64,000 bases of DNA from an uncultured delta proteobacterium (GTDB lineage Bacteria; Desulfobacterota; Desulfuromonadia; Desulfuromonadales; JACZKF01): assembly GCA_963816395.1 (NCBI GenBank), contig CAWFKQ010000005.1:96001-160000 (forward strand), in the 5' to 3' direction. Positions 37,051-46,728 of the stretch are shown here, piece after piece; positions within the stretch are counted from its first letter, which is position 1, and each line of letters opens with the position of its first letter. A program made the position numbers and the translations under genes. The notes beneath the pieces are model-generated. The model had not been told where the DNA came from and ran no database searches. It saw only the letters and a list, made by a program, of their open reading frames with translations.

Positions 37051-39291
37051 ATGTGGCTGAAACGCTTTTTCTGGCGATGGATAGTCAGCCGGATGGCTCG
37101 CTCAGGGGGCTTCATCGATCCGCTTGAGATCCTTTCCCGTCTGGAGAACTTTGCCCAGCCGGCGGAAGTCAAGGAGCCTCTGGAGTTGTTGCGGGCGGGT
37201 ATGCTCTTCCATGCCCGCGGCCTGCTCAATACCGGCGCCATTCAGCACAACCTGGACTGGATCTGGCCCTTCTGGGTGGTTCGGCAGTATGATCCGCACG
37301 ATCCGGCTTTCATTCCCCTCGCTTTTTCTCTCACCCACATCAATCTCACCCACCGCAACTGGACCGCTATCGGCCTGCCCGACCTTCCCGAGCTGCCGAT
37401 TGTCGACCCGAGCGGCCTGCTCACGCCCTTCTGGGACGGCTGGTCATTGGATCTCTGGCTGGCGGCCGAGGATGGCCGTCGCCTTTACCCCTCGCGCCTG
37501 CCCGCAGTGGAACAGCACCTGGAAACAACGGACGGCCTGGCGGTCTATCACCCGCTGCCGGGACGGGGACTTGGAGATCATTTCCCGCGCCGAGGTCTGT
37601 TCGACGGGAGGTCAGCCGCAGTGTCGGCTGACCGTGACCGCCAGCAGTGCCGCACCGGCCAGGCTGGTCGTTGCTCTTCGCCCCTACAACCCGGAAGGGG
37701 TCAGCTTCCTCCATGCCATCCGTATGGAGGCGGACCGCGGCGGCTGGCATCTTGAACGCGGCCGGCGGGTCCAGTTCAGCGAACCGGCCGAGAGCTGGCA
37801 CTTTTCCAATTACCGGCAGGGAGATGTGCACGCGCGCCTGTTCTCGCCGGCGACTGTCGACCGGATCGACTGCAAGGTGGGTATGGCCACCGCCGCCGCC
37901 CTGTTCTCCGTTCCGCCCGCCGGCACCCGCCGTCTTGAAGTGAAGTGTGCCCCTCTCCCCAACCCCTTCAGTTGCAGAAACTCCGACGTGGGGAGAGGCT
38001 TTGCGGGGAGTGGTCGCGGCCACCCTGCCGGAGGGGAAGTTCCAGACACTGTTCGATGCGGCGGTGCGTACTCTCATCCTGCATTCCCCCGGCACCGTTT
38101 TCCCCGGCCCTTATACCTATCGGCGCTTCTGGTTCCGCGATGCCGCATTCATCCTGCACGCCCTGCTTTGTCTGGGATTGACCGAGCGCGCCAGGCGCAT
38201 CCTCGACACGTTTCCCGGCCGGCAGACCGGCACAGGATTTTTCTATTCCCAGGCAGGGGAATGGGATGCCAACGGCGAGGCCTTGTGGATTTTTGCCCGC
38301 TACTGCCAGCTGACCGGACAGCCACCGGCAGCGGCCTGGCAAGTGGCGGTGCGGCGCGGCGCCCGCTGGCTGCAGCGCAAACGGCTGCCGGCCAGCGCCG
38401 GAGAGCGGGTCGGCGGTCTGCTGCCGGCCGGTTTCAGCGCCGAGCACCTGGGGCCGAGCGATTATTATTACTGGGACGATTTCTGGGCGGTTTCTGGTCT
38501 GCGTGCCGCCGCCGACCTCCTGGCCCGTTACGGCGACAGCCGGGGGGGGGACACGAGCGGCCGAGCGGCCGAGGAACTGCTGCAGGCAATCGATCGCAGC
38601 CTGGCGCTGGCCGGCCTGCTCCGACCAATCCGGCATGCCGGCCTCCCCCTATCGAAGAATGGATTCGGGAGCCGTCGGCTCACTGGCCGCCGGCTACCCC
38701 CTGCAGCTCTTCTCGCCCCGTGACCCGCGTCTGCTCGCCACAGCTTCCTTTCTGTACGAAAACTGTCTGATAGACGGCGGGTATTTCCAGAGCATCAAGC
38801 ATTCCGGAATCAATCCCTATCTCACTCTCCACTTGGCGCAGATACTTCTGCGGGCCGGCGACGACCGCTGTTTCCATCTGGTGCGGGCGGTGGCGGATCT
38901 AGCCTCGCCGACCGGACAGTGGCCGGAAGCGGTCCATCCTCGCACCCGCGGCGGCTGCATGGGCGACGGGCAGCACGTCTGGGCCGCCGCCGAGTGGGTG
39001 ATGTGGCTGCGCAATGCTTTTCTGCGCGAAGAGGGAGACCGCCTCATTCTAGCCTCTGGAATCTTCCCCGAATGGCTGCGCTCTCCCCAGCCGATTTCCT
39101 TCGGCCCGGCCCCGACCGACTTCGGCCCGGTTGGCATCTTCCTGCAGTCGCGGCCGGAAGGCGTGGAAATCCGCTGGCAAGCAGCATGGCGAGGGACCCC
39201 GCCGGAACTCGAAATCAGTCTTCCAGGCTGCCACCCGGTCCGGCCGCCGGTCACCGCCTCCACCGTGCTTGTTCCCTATCTCCCCCCATGA
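37051..39291 (+). CDS. putative six-hairpin glycosidase-like protein (about three frameshifts)
   Basis: Four overlapping ORFs join; YRRFWFRDAA, EWDANGEALW, YYWDDFW, GQWPEAVHP, GDGQH resemble (alpha/alpha)6 hydrolases. Confidence 0.6.
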
Positions 39292-39331
39292 CATGGTGAA
39301 AGGAGTCGCGGTCTTCTCCCTGATATCGCGG

Positions 39332-39757
39332 CTATCGCCGTTCCTGAACGCCCTGGAGTTTCATCAGTCGTTCCAGCCGCTCCTGGGCCTCGATGGACAA
39401 AGTCGCCAGCGGACTCGCCACCAGACGGCGCAGTCCGATCTCCTCCCCCGTTTCCTCGCAATAGCCATAGGTCCCTTCCTCGATCCGGACCAACGCGCTG
39501 TCAATCTTCACCAACAGATTACGGCACCTTTCACGGCTCTTGAGATTGAAGGCGAGATCGGCCTCGAGCAATCCCTGGTCGACCATATCGGCCTCCCTGG
39601 TCTTCTCCTCCCGCATCCGCTCCAAGGTACCCTGCGACTCCTGCATAAGCTGGCGGCGCCACTGCAGCAGTTTCTCCTGAAAATATTCCAGGTGCTGCCG
39701 ACACATATAGGGTTCATCTTCCGAGGGACGATATTCATCCGTTAGCTGATCTTTCAC
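39332..39757 (-). CDS. dksA: DksA/TraR family RNA polymerase-binding protein, non-canonical Zn finger
   Basis: YRPSEDEPYM..QHLEYF, ADMVDQG, RER..L.KID.AL.RI..G.YGYCEETGEEIG..RL.A.PLATLSIEAQ. Confidence 0.88.
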   Translation of the reverse strand: MKDQLTDEYRPSEDEPYMCRQHLEYFQEKLLQWRRQLMQESQGTLERMREEKTREADMVDQGLLEADLAFNLKSRERCRNLLVKIDSALVRIEEGTYGYCEETGEEIGLRRLVASPLATLSIEAQERLERLMKLQGVQERR

Positions 39758-39913
39758 GCTGGGTGCCTCCTGTGACCTCGATCTCTCGTCGAGGCAAATT
39801 TGAGATTGGTGAAATTTAACATGGTACCCACAGCTGTCAAGCCTCCTTGGAAATCAGGTAATTCAAAGCCAGTATCAATGCCATCCATTCTCCTGATTCG
39901 CACCATCCTCCAC

Positions 39914-39943
39914 GAAAAAGGGCCGCCTGTTTGGCGGCCCTGA
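39914..39943 (-). terminator. intrinsic terminator after small lipoprotein
   Basis: Minus strand agggccgcc-aaaca-ggcggccct then a T-run. Confidence 0.75.
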
Positions 39944-39965
39944 TTGGTCATTCGGTCTCCTTCTC

Positions 39966-40124
39966 TTACTGTTTTCCCTGTTCATAGCCCCGATGGAACT
40001 CATGGGCGCCCTGTTTTACCTCCTGCGCCGCCTCTCCTGTCGCCTTGCCTGTAGAATAACAACCGGAGATGCTGGTAAGCGCCAGGAGCGCAAAGGCCAT
40101 CGCGGTCAGAAGTCTCTTGATCAT
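39966..40124 (-). CDS. 52-aa small lipoprotein (entericidin-like), not in ORF track
   Basis: AGGAG RBS; MIKRLLTAMAFALLALTSISG-CYSTGKATGEAAQEVKQGAHEFHRGYEQGKQ*; lipobox ISGC; terminator follows. Confidence 0.75.
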   Translation of the reverse strand: MIKRLLTAMAFALLALTSISGCYSTGKATGEAAQEVKQGAHEFHRGYEQGKQ

Positions 40125-40219
40125 AAAAATTTCTCCTTTCCAATGCTTGTTGCCTTTTCAAATCAGTCTATCTCAAGGTGAGAGAAACGCCACCTGCTTC
40201 ATCAGGAATGTAATCGTTC

Positions 40220-40648
40220 TCAATGCACGATCCGCAGGTTGTGCGGAGCGCTCGGCGCCCGCGGAGCCTTATCCATCTCCCAGTAGGGAGAAACGCCGAA
40301 ATAACGGTGGATGGCCCGTCCCCTTTCGCGGTCGGTGACATCCTGGGCTTCGAAAGGCGTTCGCTCGAACCGCTCGGCATCGATCCGCAGGCGAACCGCC
40401 TGGGTGGCCGGCAGGATCTCGGTCGCCAGCCACGGGATGACGATGCGACGATCACCCTCTCCGGCAGGTGCCACCAGCAGATAGCCAACGCGCCCCTCTG
40501 CCAAATCGACCAGAATCGCCACCACCTTCCCCACCTCGGCGCCTTCAGCACTCTGTACGGTGAAACCCCGCAGTCGGTCGGCGGTAAGGAGCGCCGCCGG
40601 CGTGACTGACGGGGCAATTACCAGGGCAAATACCAGTGCCGCCAGCAT
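40220..40648 (-). CDS. secreted PRC-barrel domain protein
   Basis: Signal-like N-terminus; L.GFTVQSAEG.EVGKV..ILVD..GRV.YL..IPW..IHRYFGVSPYW. Confidence 0.8.
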   Translation of the reverse strand: MLAALVFALVIAPSVTPAALLTADRLRGFTVQSAEGAEVGKVVAILVDLAEGRVGYLLVAPAGEGDRRIVIPWLATEILPATQAVRLRIDAERFERTPFEAQDVTDRERGRAIHRYFGVSPYWEMDKAPRAPSAPHNLRIVH

Positions 40649-40686
40649 CCGCCGCAACCCTGTCGGCCATTCTGTGCCGAACGCGC

Positions 40687-40905
40687 TCAATGGCGTTCCG
40701 GCCGCTCCCGCCGGATCTGTTCGCGGGTTACCGTACCGTCCAGGTGATGGATCTGAAAATCGGCATTCATCTGCCGGCACAGTTCGCGGCCGAATTTTTC
40801 CGCCTCTCCCCGGGAGGTGAAGTGGCCCGCATCCTGATCGGCCCCCAGGTTCTTGATGATCCAGCCACCCTGCGGATCGGGAAGCATGTGAACTGTCTTG
40901 GCCAT
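40687..40905 (-). CDS. DUF2188 domain protein
   Basis: HMLP...GGWIIK..G....GHF.SR.EA...GR......IHHLDGT; AGGAG RBS. Confidence 0.75.
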   Translation of the reverse strand: MAKTVHMLPDPQGGWIIKNLGADQDAGHFTSRGEAEKFGRELCRQMNADFQIHHLDGTVTREQIRRERPERH

Positions 40906-41014
40906 AAAGCGGCATTCTCCTTTTGGTGCGCGCCAGGAAACCATCCTGGCACCTCTCCGACAACCGTAGCATTTCCCCGGCGCGCTGCAAGCGAGTTGGC
41001 TTGCCGGGAAATTC

Positions 41015-41998
41015 TCAATAAAAAAGAGAGCAGGTGCGGTGCCGCGGTCGGACCCGGTAGCGCGGCCATTGGCCTCGATGCCAGAGGAAATTATCGAGTT
41101 GCAGGGCATTCACCGGCCGTCCGCCACGGGCCAGTTCAGCTACCAGCAATTCGCCGGCACACACGGCGCAGGCACGGATTTCCACTTCCCCTATGCTGCC
41201 GGCCGGCAATTGCCGGCCGCTGTCGATATGCGCAGCGAGATCCTCCCGGTAGCGCAGCACTCCGTCTTCCCGCAGGACGTGCGGCACCAGGTTGTCGGCG
41301 AGAATGGTCAGACGATCGATATCATCGAAGCAGCCTGGGCCTTGGCCGGCGAAAGCGATGTGCAGATCAGCTGCGGTGATCTGCGCCCGTTTATAGAATG
41401 GGACGGGGTGCCCGCGGTATTCCGCCACATCACGGTAGGCGGGCATTTCCCGGAGAATCTGCACCAGCCTTTCGGCCGAACCGCCGGCCGCCTCGACCAC
41501 CTCGGCGAACCGGCCGTTAAAGCGTCGCAACAGGAAGTGTCCGAGGTCGTTGAGGGCGCCGGCAAACAGAGCCATCAGCGTGCCGGCGTGGGGATTTTCC
41601 ATTTTTTGGCCGAACAGGGCGGCACATTCCGCCGCCGAAAGGTTTGCCAGGCTGGCGGCGCTGAATGGTCCCTGGCGGCGGAAGCGCTCAGCGAGAGCGG
41701 AGGCTACCATTGCATAGCCGGACCGGCCAGGCGGTTTCACCAGCGAGGGAAAGTAGCCGGAGCCGAAATTGATGCTGTCCAGGGTGAGGAAAAAAGCGAC
41801 CGTCCCCTCACCCTGCTCAAGGTAGTGAACGGCCGCGTCCATCTGCAGTACCTCCAGCTTTTCCGTGGAGAGCTCGGCAGCGTAGTCGGGGAGCCGCCGG
41901 TCATCGATATGCACCAGTTGCGCCTGCGCCGCCACCTCCCGGCAGGCGCAGCGTATCTGCTCCAAAAGAGAATTGCCGGCCACTATTCCTGCTTCCAT
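41015..41998 (-). CDS. queuosine 5'-phosphate N-glycosylase/hydrolase (DUF2419/Qng1-like)
   Basis: LDSINFGSG, FYKRAQI, LTILADNLVPHVL, EVEIRA, LDNFLW. Confidence 0.85.
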   Translation of the reverse strand: MEAGIVAGNSLLEQIRCACREVAAQAQLVHIDDRRLPDYAAELSTEKLEVLQMDAAVHYLEQGEGTVAFFLTLDSINFGSGYFPSLVKPPGRSGYAMVASALAERFRRQGPFSAASLANLSAAECAALFGQKMENPHAGTLMALFAGALNDLGHFLLRRFNGRFAEVVEAAGGSAERLVQILREMPAYRDVAEYRGHPVPFYKRAQITAADLHIAFAGQGPGCFDDIDRLTILADNLVPHVLREDGVLRYREDLAAHIDSGRQLPAGSIGEVEIRACAVCAGELLVAELARGGRPVNALQLDNFLWHRGQWPRYRVRPRHRTCSLFY

Positions 41999-42069
41999 TT
42001 CCCACTCCCTGCAAAAACAGCGACAGACCGCAGGAACAGTTGGTCTATCTCCCCCTCTCTACCCCACTT

Positions 42070-42474
42070 TTATAAAAGCTCGAGAAGGTAAGTGAACTGT
42101 TCATCAACCTGCAGCCGGCGCATGATTTCCCTGGCCTCCGCCCGGCACGGCTGGGGCACCGCCAGGCAGAACTGTTTCCGGTAGTGTCTGGCGTAGGCGG
42201 AAAACAGGGCGATCTGCCGCCCGGCAATCTGGCTCCGCAGAGTATCGGCAGTCTCGACCTGAAACAGGTAGTCCGTTCGGTTTTTGCGGGCCATGATATC
42301 CGGCATAAAGCCTTCGTCGGAATTTTCCCAGTAAATGATAACTGGGCGATTGCCGGCGAATTCTTCCAGGCGCGAGGCGCGAATATCGGAGTAGCCCCGT
42401 TTATCCAGAACCTGCATCAGTTTTCGGATCAACTCTTCCCGATCCTTTTGCAGTTCATCGGCGTTCTTGGCCAT
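42070..42474 (-). CDS. hypothetical protein, restriction-endonuclease-like (PD-(D/E)XK) fold suspected
   Basis: GGAG RBS; L.KRGY...FMPDIMARK...YLFQVET. Confidence 0.55.
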   Translation of the reverse strand: MAKNADELQKDREELIRKLMQVLDKRGYSDIRASRLEEFAGNRPVIIYWENSDEGFMPDIMARKNRTDYLFQVETADTLRSQIAGRQIALFSAYARHYRKQFCLAVPQPCRAEAREIMRRLQVDEQFTYLLELL

Positions 42475-42762
42475 AGGAGATCTCCTCCAGACAGAATGGC
42501 TATGAAGGTGCTTACCTCTCAATCTTACCCCAATTCTGCACCAGTCAAAATGCCCCGGCCGTTCTCCGGGACAGGGTCGGAGTTGACATTTGCACAATCG
42601 CCGATTTAGCGAGAAAGTACCTTCAGTTTTATGAGCTTACTTTATGAATTATAGAACGAATTGTGGGAAGGGCTGCCCGCCAGGGCGTTCTTGTCTTGAT
42701 CAAATCCTGGGTAGCGGCGAGGTGACTTCCGCCTTATCCATGAATTTTACGGTGGCTTCCAG

Positions 42763-43248
42763 TCACCCCTGTACCTGGCCGCGGTTCAGCATCAGCCACA
42801 ACCAGCGCAGCGCCAGCGCGCCAAGAATGACCACGAAGAGAACGAAAGCGATCACCAATGCGCACAGCCCCCAGATGAAAATGCGGCTGACCGCCGTCGT
42901 GCGCCGCGGCCGCTCGAGAAATTCACCGAGCAGACGGACATTGCGCAGGTTGGCTTTCCAGGCGAAATCGAACAGGTCGCCGAGAAATGGGATGGCGCCG
43001 AGAATGGCGTCCAGCGCAATATTGAAGGCCATCTTCAGCAGCACCGGCCGCGGGGCGCCCAGGCGCCCCGCTTCTGCCAGGATATAGCTGGAGGCAAGAG
43101 CACCTAGGGTATCGCCGAATCCTGGCAGGAGACCGAGCAGCCCGTCCAGGCCGATGCGGAAATTGAGCCCCGGCAGCGGTATCGAGCTGTCGAGCAACCA
43201 GGCCAGTCTTTCCAGGCGCCTATGCTTCAGTCTCCGTCTATCTTCCAC
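42763..43248 (-). CDS. DUF4112 domain membrane protein
   Basis: LAWLLDS.I.LPG..FRIGLDGLLGLLPGFGD..IPFLGDLFDFAWKANLRN. Confidence 0.9.
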   Translation of the reverse strand: MEDRRRLKHRRLERLAWLLDSSIPLPGLNFRIGLDGLLGLLPGFGDTLGALASSYILAEAGRLGAPRPVLLKMAFNIALDAILGAIPFLGDLFDFAWKANLRNVRLLGEFLERPRRTTAVSRIFIWGLCALVIAFVLFVVILGALALRWLWLMLNRGQVQG

Positions 43249-43411
43249 GGTGGTTTCCGGTTAGTGGACCAATCCGGGAGTCGCCCACCCCTGTTTTCTC
43301 GCGGCTCGCTGGTACAATAATACCGTCCTATCCGGAAAAGTCCGGAGGTCGGCAGAGGGGTCGCAATTTCGAGGTGAACCATCCTCGTAGCTGCTGGAGT
43401 GTTGCCGGGTC

Positions 43412-44311
43412 ATGGATATTACCGAGGATATCCTGTCGTATTCTCTGCAGATAGCGCGCAAGATCACCGCCCGGGCAGTGATGGTCTATGCGGACGTCTT
43501 CACCAGCTTTCGGGAAATCCGCTCTTTTCTCCAGGAAAGCGGCGAGCAGTCGGTGGTCATGGTCACCCGTGTACGGGAAAACATGCAGCGACTGCGGGAA
43601 GAGGGGGTGGAGGCGATTCAGGTGCCCAGCCTGCAGTTGACGCGCATGGGCCAGGTCAAGATCGCCGTCCTGCTCGGTCTCTCACAGGGGAAATTCCAGC
43701 AGGGGGACCGCCTGGTCTGTCTCACCGGGATGGCGGAGAAGAAGACCCTGGATACCATCCTTTTCATCGAGGTCGGGCAGGAGCATGAGATGTTCGCCGG
43801 GGCCAGGCTGGACGAGATCGGCACCCATCTAACTCCCGAGGTTTTCGAACGGGTCCTGGATATCGCCGTTTCCCTTGGTGCCGAGGGGCGGGAAGGAAAG
43901 CCGGTCGGCACCATCTTCGTCATCGGCGATGCCGAAAACGTCCTCTCCCAGAGCATCCCCCTGGTCCTCAACCCGTTCAAGGGGCACCCGCCGGATGAAC
44001 GCAACGTCCTCGACCCTTCCCTGGCAGAGACGATCAAGGAGTTCGCCACCATCGACGGTGCCTTCGTCATCCGCGGGGATGGACTGATCGAGGCGGCCGG
44101 AGTCTATCTCAAACCGGTCGTTCCGGGGGATAAGCTGCCCTGGGGACTGGGCACCCGTCATCTGTCGGCCTCGGGAATCACCGCCTCCACCAACGCGGTG
44201 GCGATCGTCGTCAGTGAATCGACCGGCAACGTCACCGTCTTTCGCGCCGGCAAAATGTTCATCGAGGTGGAGCGCCTGCGGGAGACCGGGGTTGCGAAAG
44301 AACAGGGCTAG
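43412..44311 (+). CDS. diadenylate cyclase (DisA_N/DAC domain) with soluble N-terminal domain
   Basis: EGREGKPVGT, EFATIDGAFVI, GLGTRHLSA, VVSESTG. Confidence 0.88.
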   Translation: MDITEDILSYSLQIARKITARAVMVYADVFTSFREIRSFLQESGEQSVVMVTRVRENMQRLREEGVEAIQVPSLQLTRMGQVKIAVLLGLSQGKFQQGDRLVCLTGMAEKKTLDTILFIEVGQEHEMFAGARLDEIGTHLTPEVFERVLDIAVSLGAEGREGKPVGTIFVIGDAENVLSQSIPLVLNPFKGHPPDERNVLDPSLAETIKEFATIDGAFVIRGDGLIEAAGVYLKPVVPGDKLPWGLGTRHLSASGITASTNAVAIVVSESTGNVTVFRAGKMFIEVERLRETGVAKEQG

Positions 44312-44331
44312 CGGCAAGAGGGAAGCGGAAA

Positions 44332-44367
44332 AGAAGGACCGGCAGCCGAAGGGTGCCGGTCTTTCCG
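44332..44367. terminator. hairpin between convergent DAC and PrkA genes
   Basis: gaccggca-gccgaaggg-tgccggtc flanked by A- and T-rich ends. Confidence 0.6.
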
Positions 44368-44390
44368 TGCGCAAAGGGTGAAACCGTTGT

Positions 44391-46728
44391 TCAGGCGTGC
44401 GCGAACTTGCGGGCCAGATTGCTGTCGATGACGTATATGCACATGTCTTTTGCTCCCTGGCGGGTGTAGTGGAAGTTCTTGCACAGGTTGTTCATCAGGA
44501 AACTGACGTCGGCCCGGATCTTTTTGTCGTAGGTCTTGAACGCCTCCTTGTTGTCGTAGTCCTTGATCGCCCGCCGGAAGTTTTCGTTTTCCTGGAAGGG
44601 GTCGAGAACCTTCTCCTTCAGATTGTGGACATAGCGCTCGTGCATCGCCTGATAAAGCCGCGTTTCGACGATCCGCTTGCCTTCGGCCATGATTTCCCTG
44701 GTCAGGGTGTCGGCCGTGTATTCCCTCTGGGTTTCCTTACGGAAGTTCAACCGCTGCAGGCGGGTGGCATCGGAGCCGAGGAAACGGGTCTCCAGGCTAT
44801 GGAAGAATTCTTCGCTGATCTCCAGCCGTTCCCGGGTGAACTTGCAGGTCTGCACCGCCCCCGGTTCGAAGTTGACGGCGAACAGGTAGTTCTGGATGTC
44901 CCGGGAGATCCGCTCCTCGTTGTAGTAGTAGAGGGATTCCTTGACCTCCTGCAGTACGGTGTAATCATACAGGCGCACCAGCGAATCGAGAAACCCGCGC
45001 GGGATCCCCTCGCTCAGTTCCTTGTGTACCTTAGTGAAGAAATTATAGAGCACGGCCATGTTGATCAGCCGGTCCTTGCGGGCGTAAGCCGAGTAGAAAT
45101 CGTTGAAGATCTTGATCGAGTCGCGTCCGGAGAAGCCGCGCTCCCCTTCCGTTTCCGATTCCGCGATGATCTGCCGGCGGCGGCGAGCGGTCAGCCCCTT
45201 GCGATCCTCCTCGTCGAGCCACTTGGGGATGTTGCCGGTGTAGATCTCCATCTTCAACAGCTGCAGGTTGTCGTCGCAGTACAAGCTGTATTTTTCCGGG
45301 TCCTGAATCCAGTCCAGCAGCGCCTCGGAGCGCAGGTTGAGCCGTGAAGAGATGATGACCCGGGCGAAATTGTGCAGCACCCGGGGGAGAAAGCTGTCAT
45401 CGATGTTCCGGCCGAAGATGTTGCGGTAGATTTCCACCTCGGTAGTCAGGTCGAGGATATAGGGGATTTTGATGAACTCGATGCGGTCGGAGAAGGAGGG
45501 GAAATCCTGGATGCTCGTCTTGTCCTCGGGGTTCATCAAGGCCAGGAAGAGAGAGCTGACGTTCTCCTCGATGTCCTCCACCTTGTGCACCCCTTCGCTG
45601 ATGATGTTGTGCAGTTCGATCAGCCGCTCGGCATTGTGCGACTTTATATCCATCAGGGCATAGATGCCGTTGTTGGTCCTGGCGAAACGGGAGAAAATAT
45701 AGCGGACCAGGTTGCTGTCCTTGAGCGTCTCGTTAATCCTGTTCTGCAGCATCTCGTTGGTGAGTACCGAATTGCTTGGACGGTTTGTCGCCGGGGTTGA
45801 AGACGCTGGCTCCTTCGCCCAGACGCCGGTTGAACAGGTAGGGGCGGGCATAGAGCATGCGGAAGATTTCCCGGGGGGTCTGCAGACGGCTGAGCAGGGC
45901 GCTGTACAGGGAGCTGCAGATAGTGCACGGATGACTGCGGAAAACCCACTCGTACTCCTTGCGGGTGAACAGATCTTCCCGGAACGGGTGGTCGCGGAAA
46001 AGATCCTCGAGGAACGCCCGCCGGTGCACCTTGGGAACGATGAGTACCGGATTGTCGTGACTGGGGCAGGGGACTTCGACGATATCGTCCTCTCCCCGGT
46101 GCAGGTCAAGGGCGTCCATGACTTCCTGCTGCAGTTGCGGTGAATGCTGCAGCAGATTGCTCAGCCGTTCCTTCAGGCTGAGCCCGTCCGGGTCCCTGGC
46201 GCTCCCCAGCAGCCTCCGGTCGAGCCGCCAGATCGTCTCGTAGCGGGCACCCTTCTCGCTGTTGACGAAACGCTCGAACCTGCTGAGCAGGTTGTTGAGG
46301 AAGGTGCTCTTGCCGCAGCCGTGCGGTCCCTCGAAAATGTAAATCTTGTTCTGTTGTGCGCCGCGTTTGAGCGCCTCCACCATGTTGACCAGGCGGTTGG
46401 CGAAAAGGCGGTCGGCAAAGAAGGGCTGGTCGGCCCCCTCGACAAACAGCCGGCTGCAGTCGTAGTAGACGAAATGGATTGACTCGGGATCGTCGGGATA
46501 TTCGTCCATTCCTTCGGAAATGAAGTTTCTGACAAGATCGTGGAAGACCTGGAAAACATTGCGCAGAACCCGCTCCGGCCGCGCATGGAGGACATTCAGA
46601 AATTCCTCGAAGGGGATGGGATGGCGCTGTTCCCAGTCGGTGATGTGCTGCTCGACGTTCTGCAGTGCCCAGGCGATGGGATCGGCCTGACGGCCGTTTT
46701 CCAGCTTCATTTTCTGACTTGTGCTCAT
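44391..46728 (-). CDS. PrkA/YeaG-family AAA+ protein, copy 2 (frameshift ~45770)
   Basis: Walker A GPHGCGKS, CPSHDNP, GFSGRDSI; ATGA overlap with the SpoVR stop. Confidence 0.85.

Noticed and set aside
40649..41109. Long N-terminal extensions of the PRC-barrel and DUF2188 ORFs given by the track
   Set aside because: They overlap neighbouring genes; domain boundaries, and an RBS for DUF2188, support starts at 40648 and 40905.
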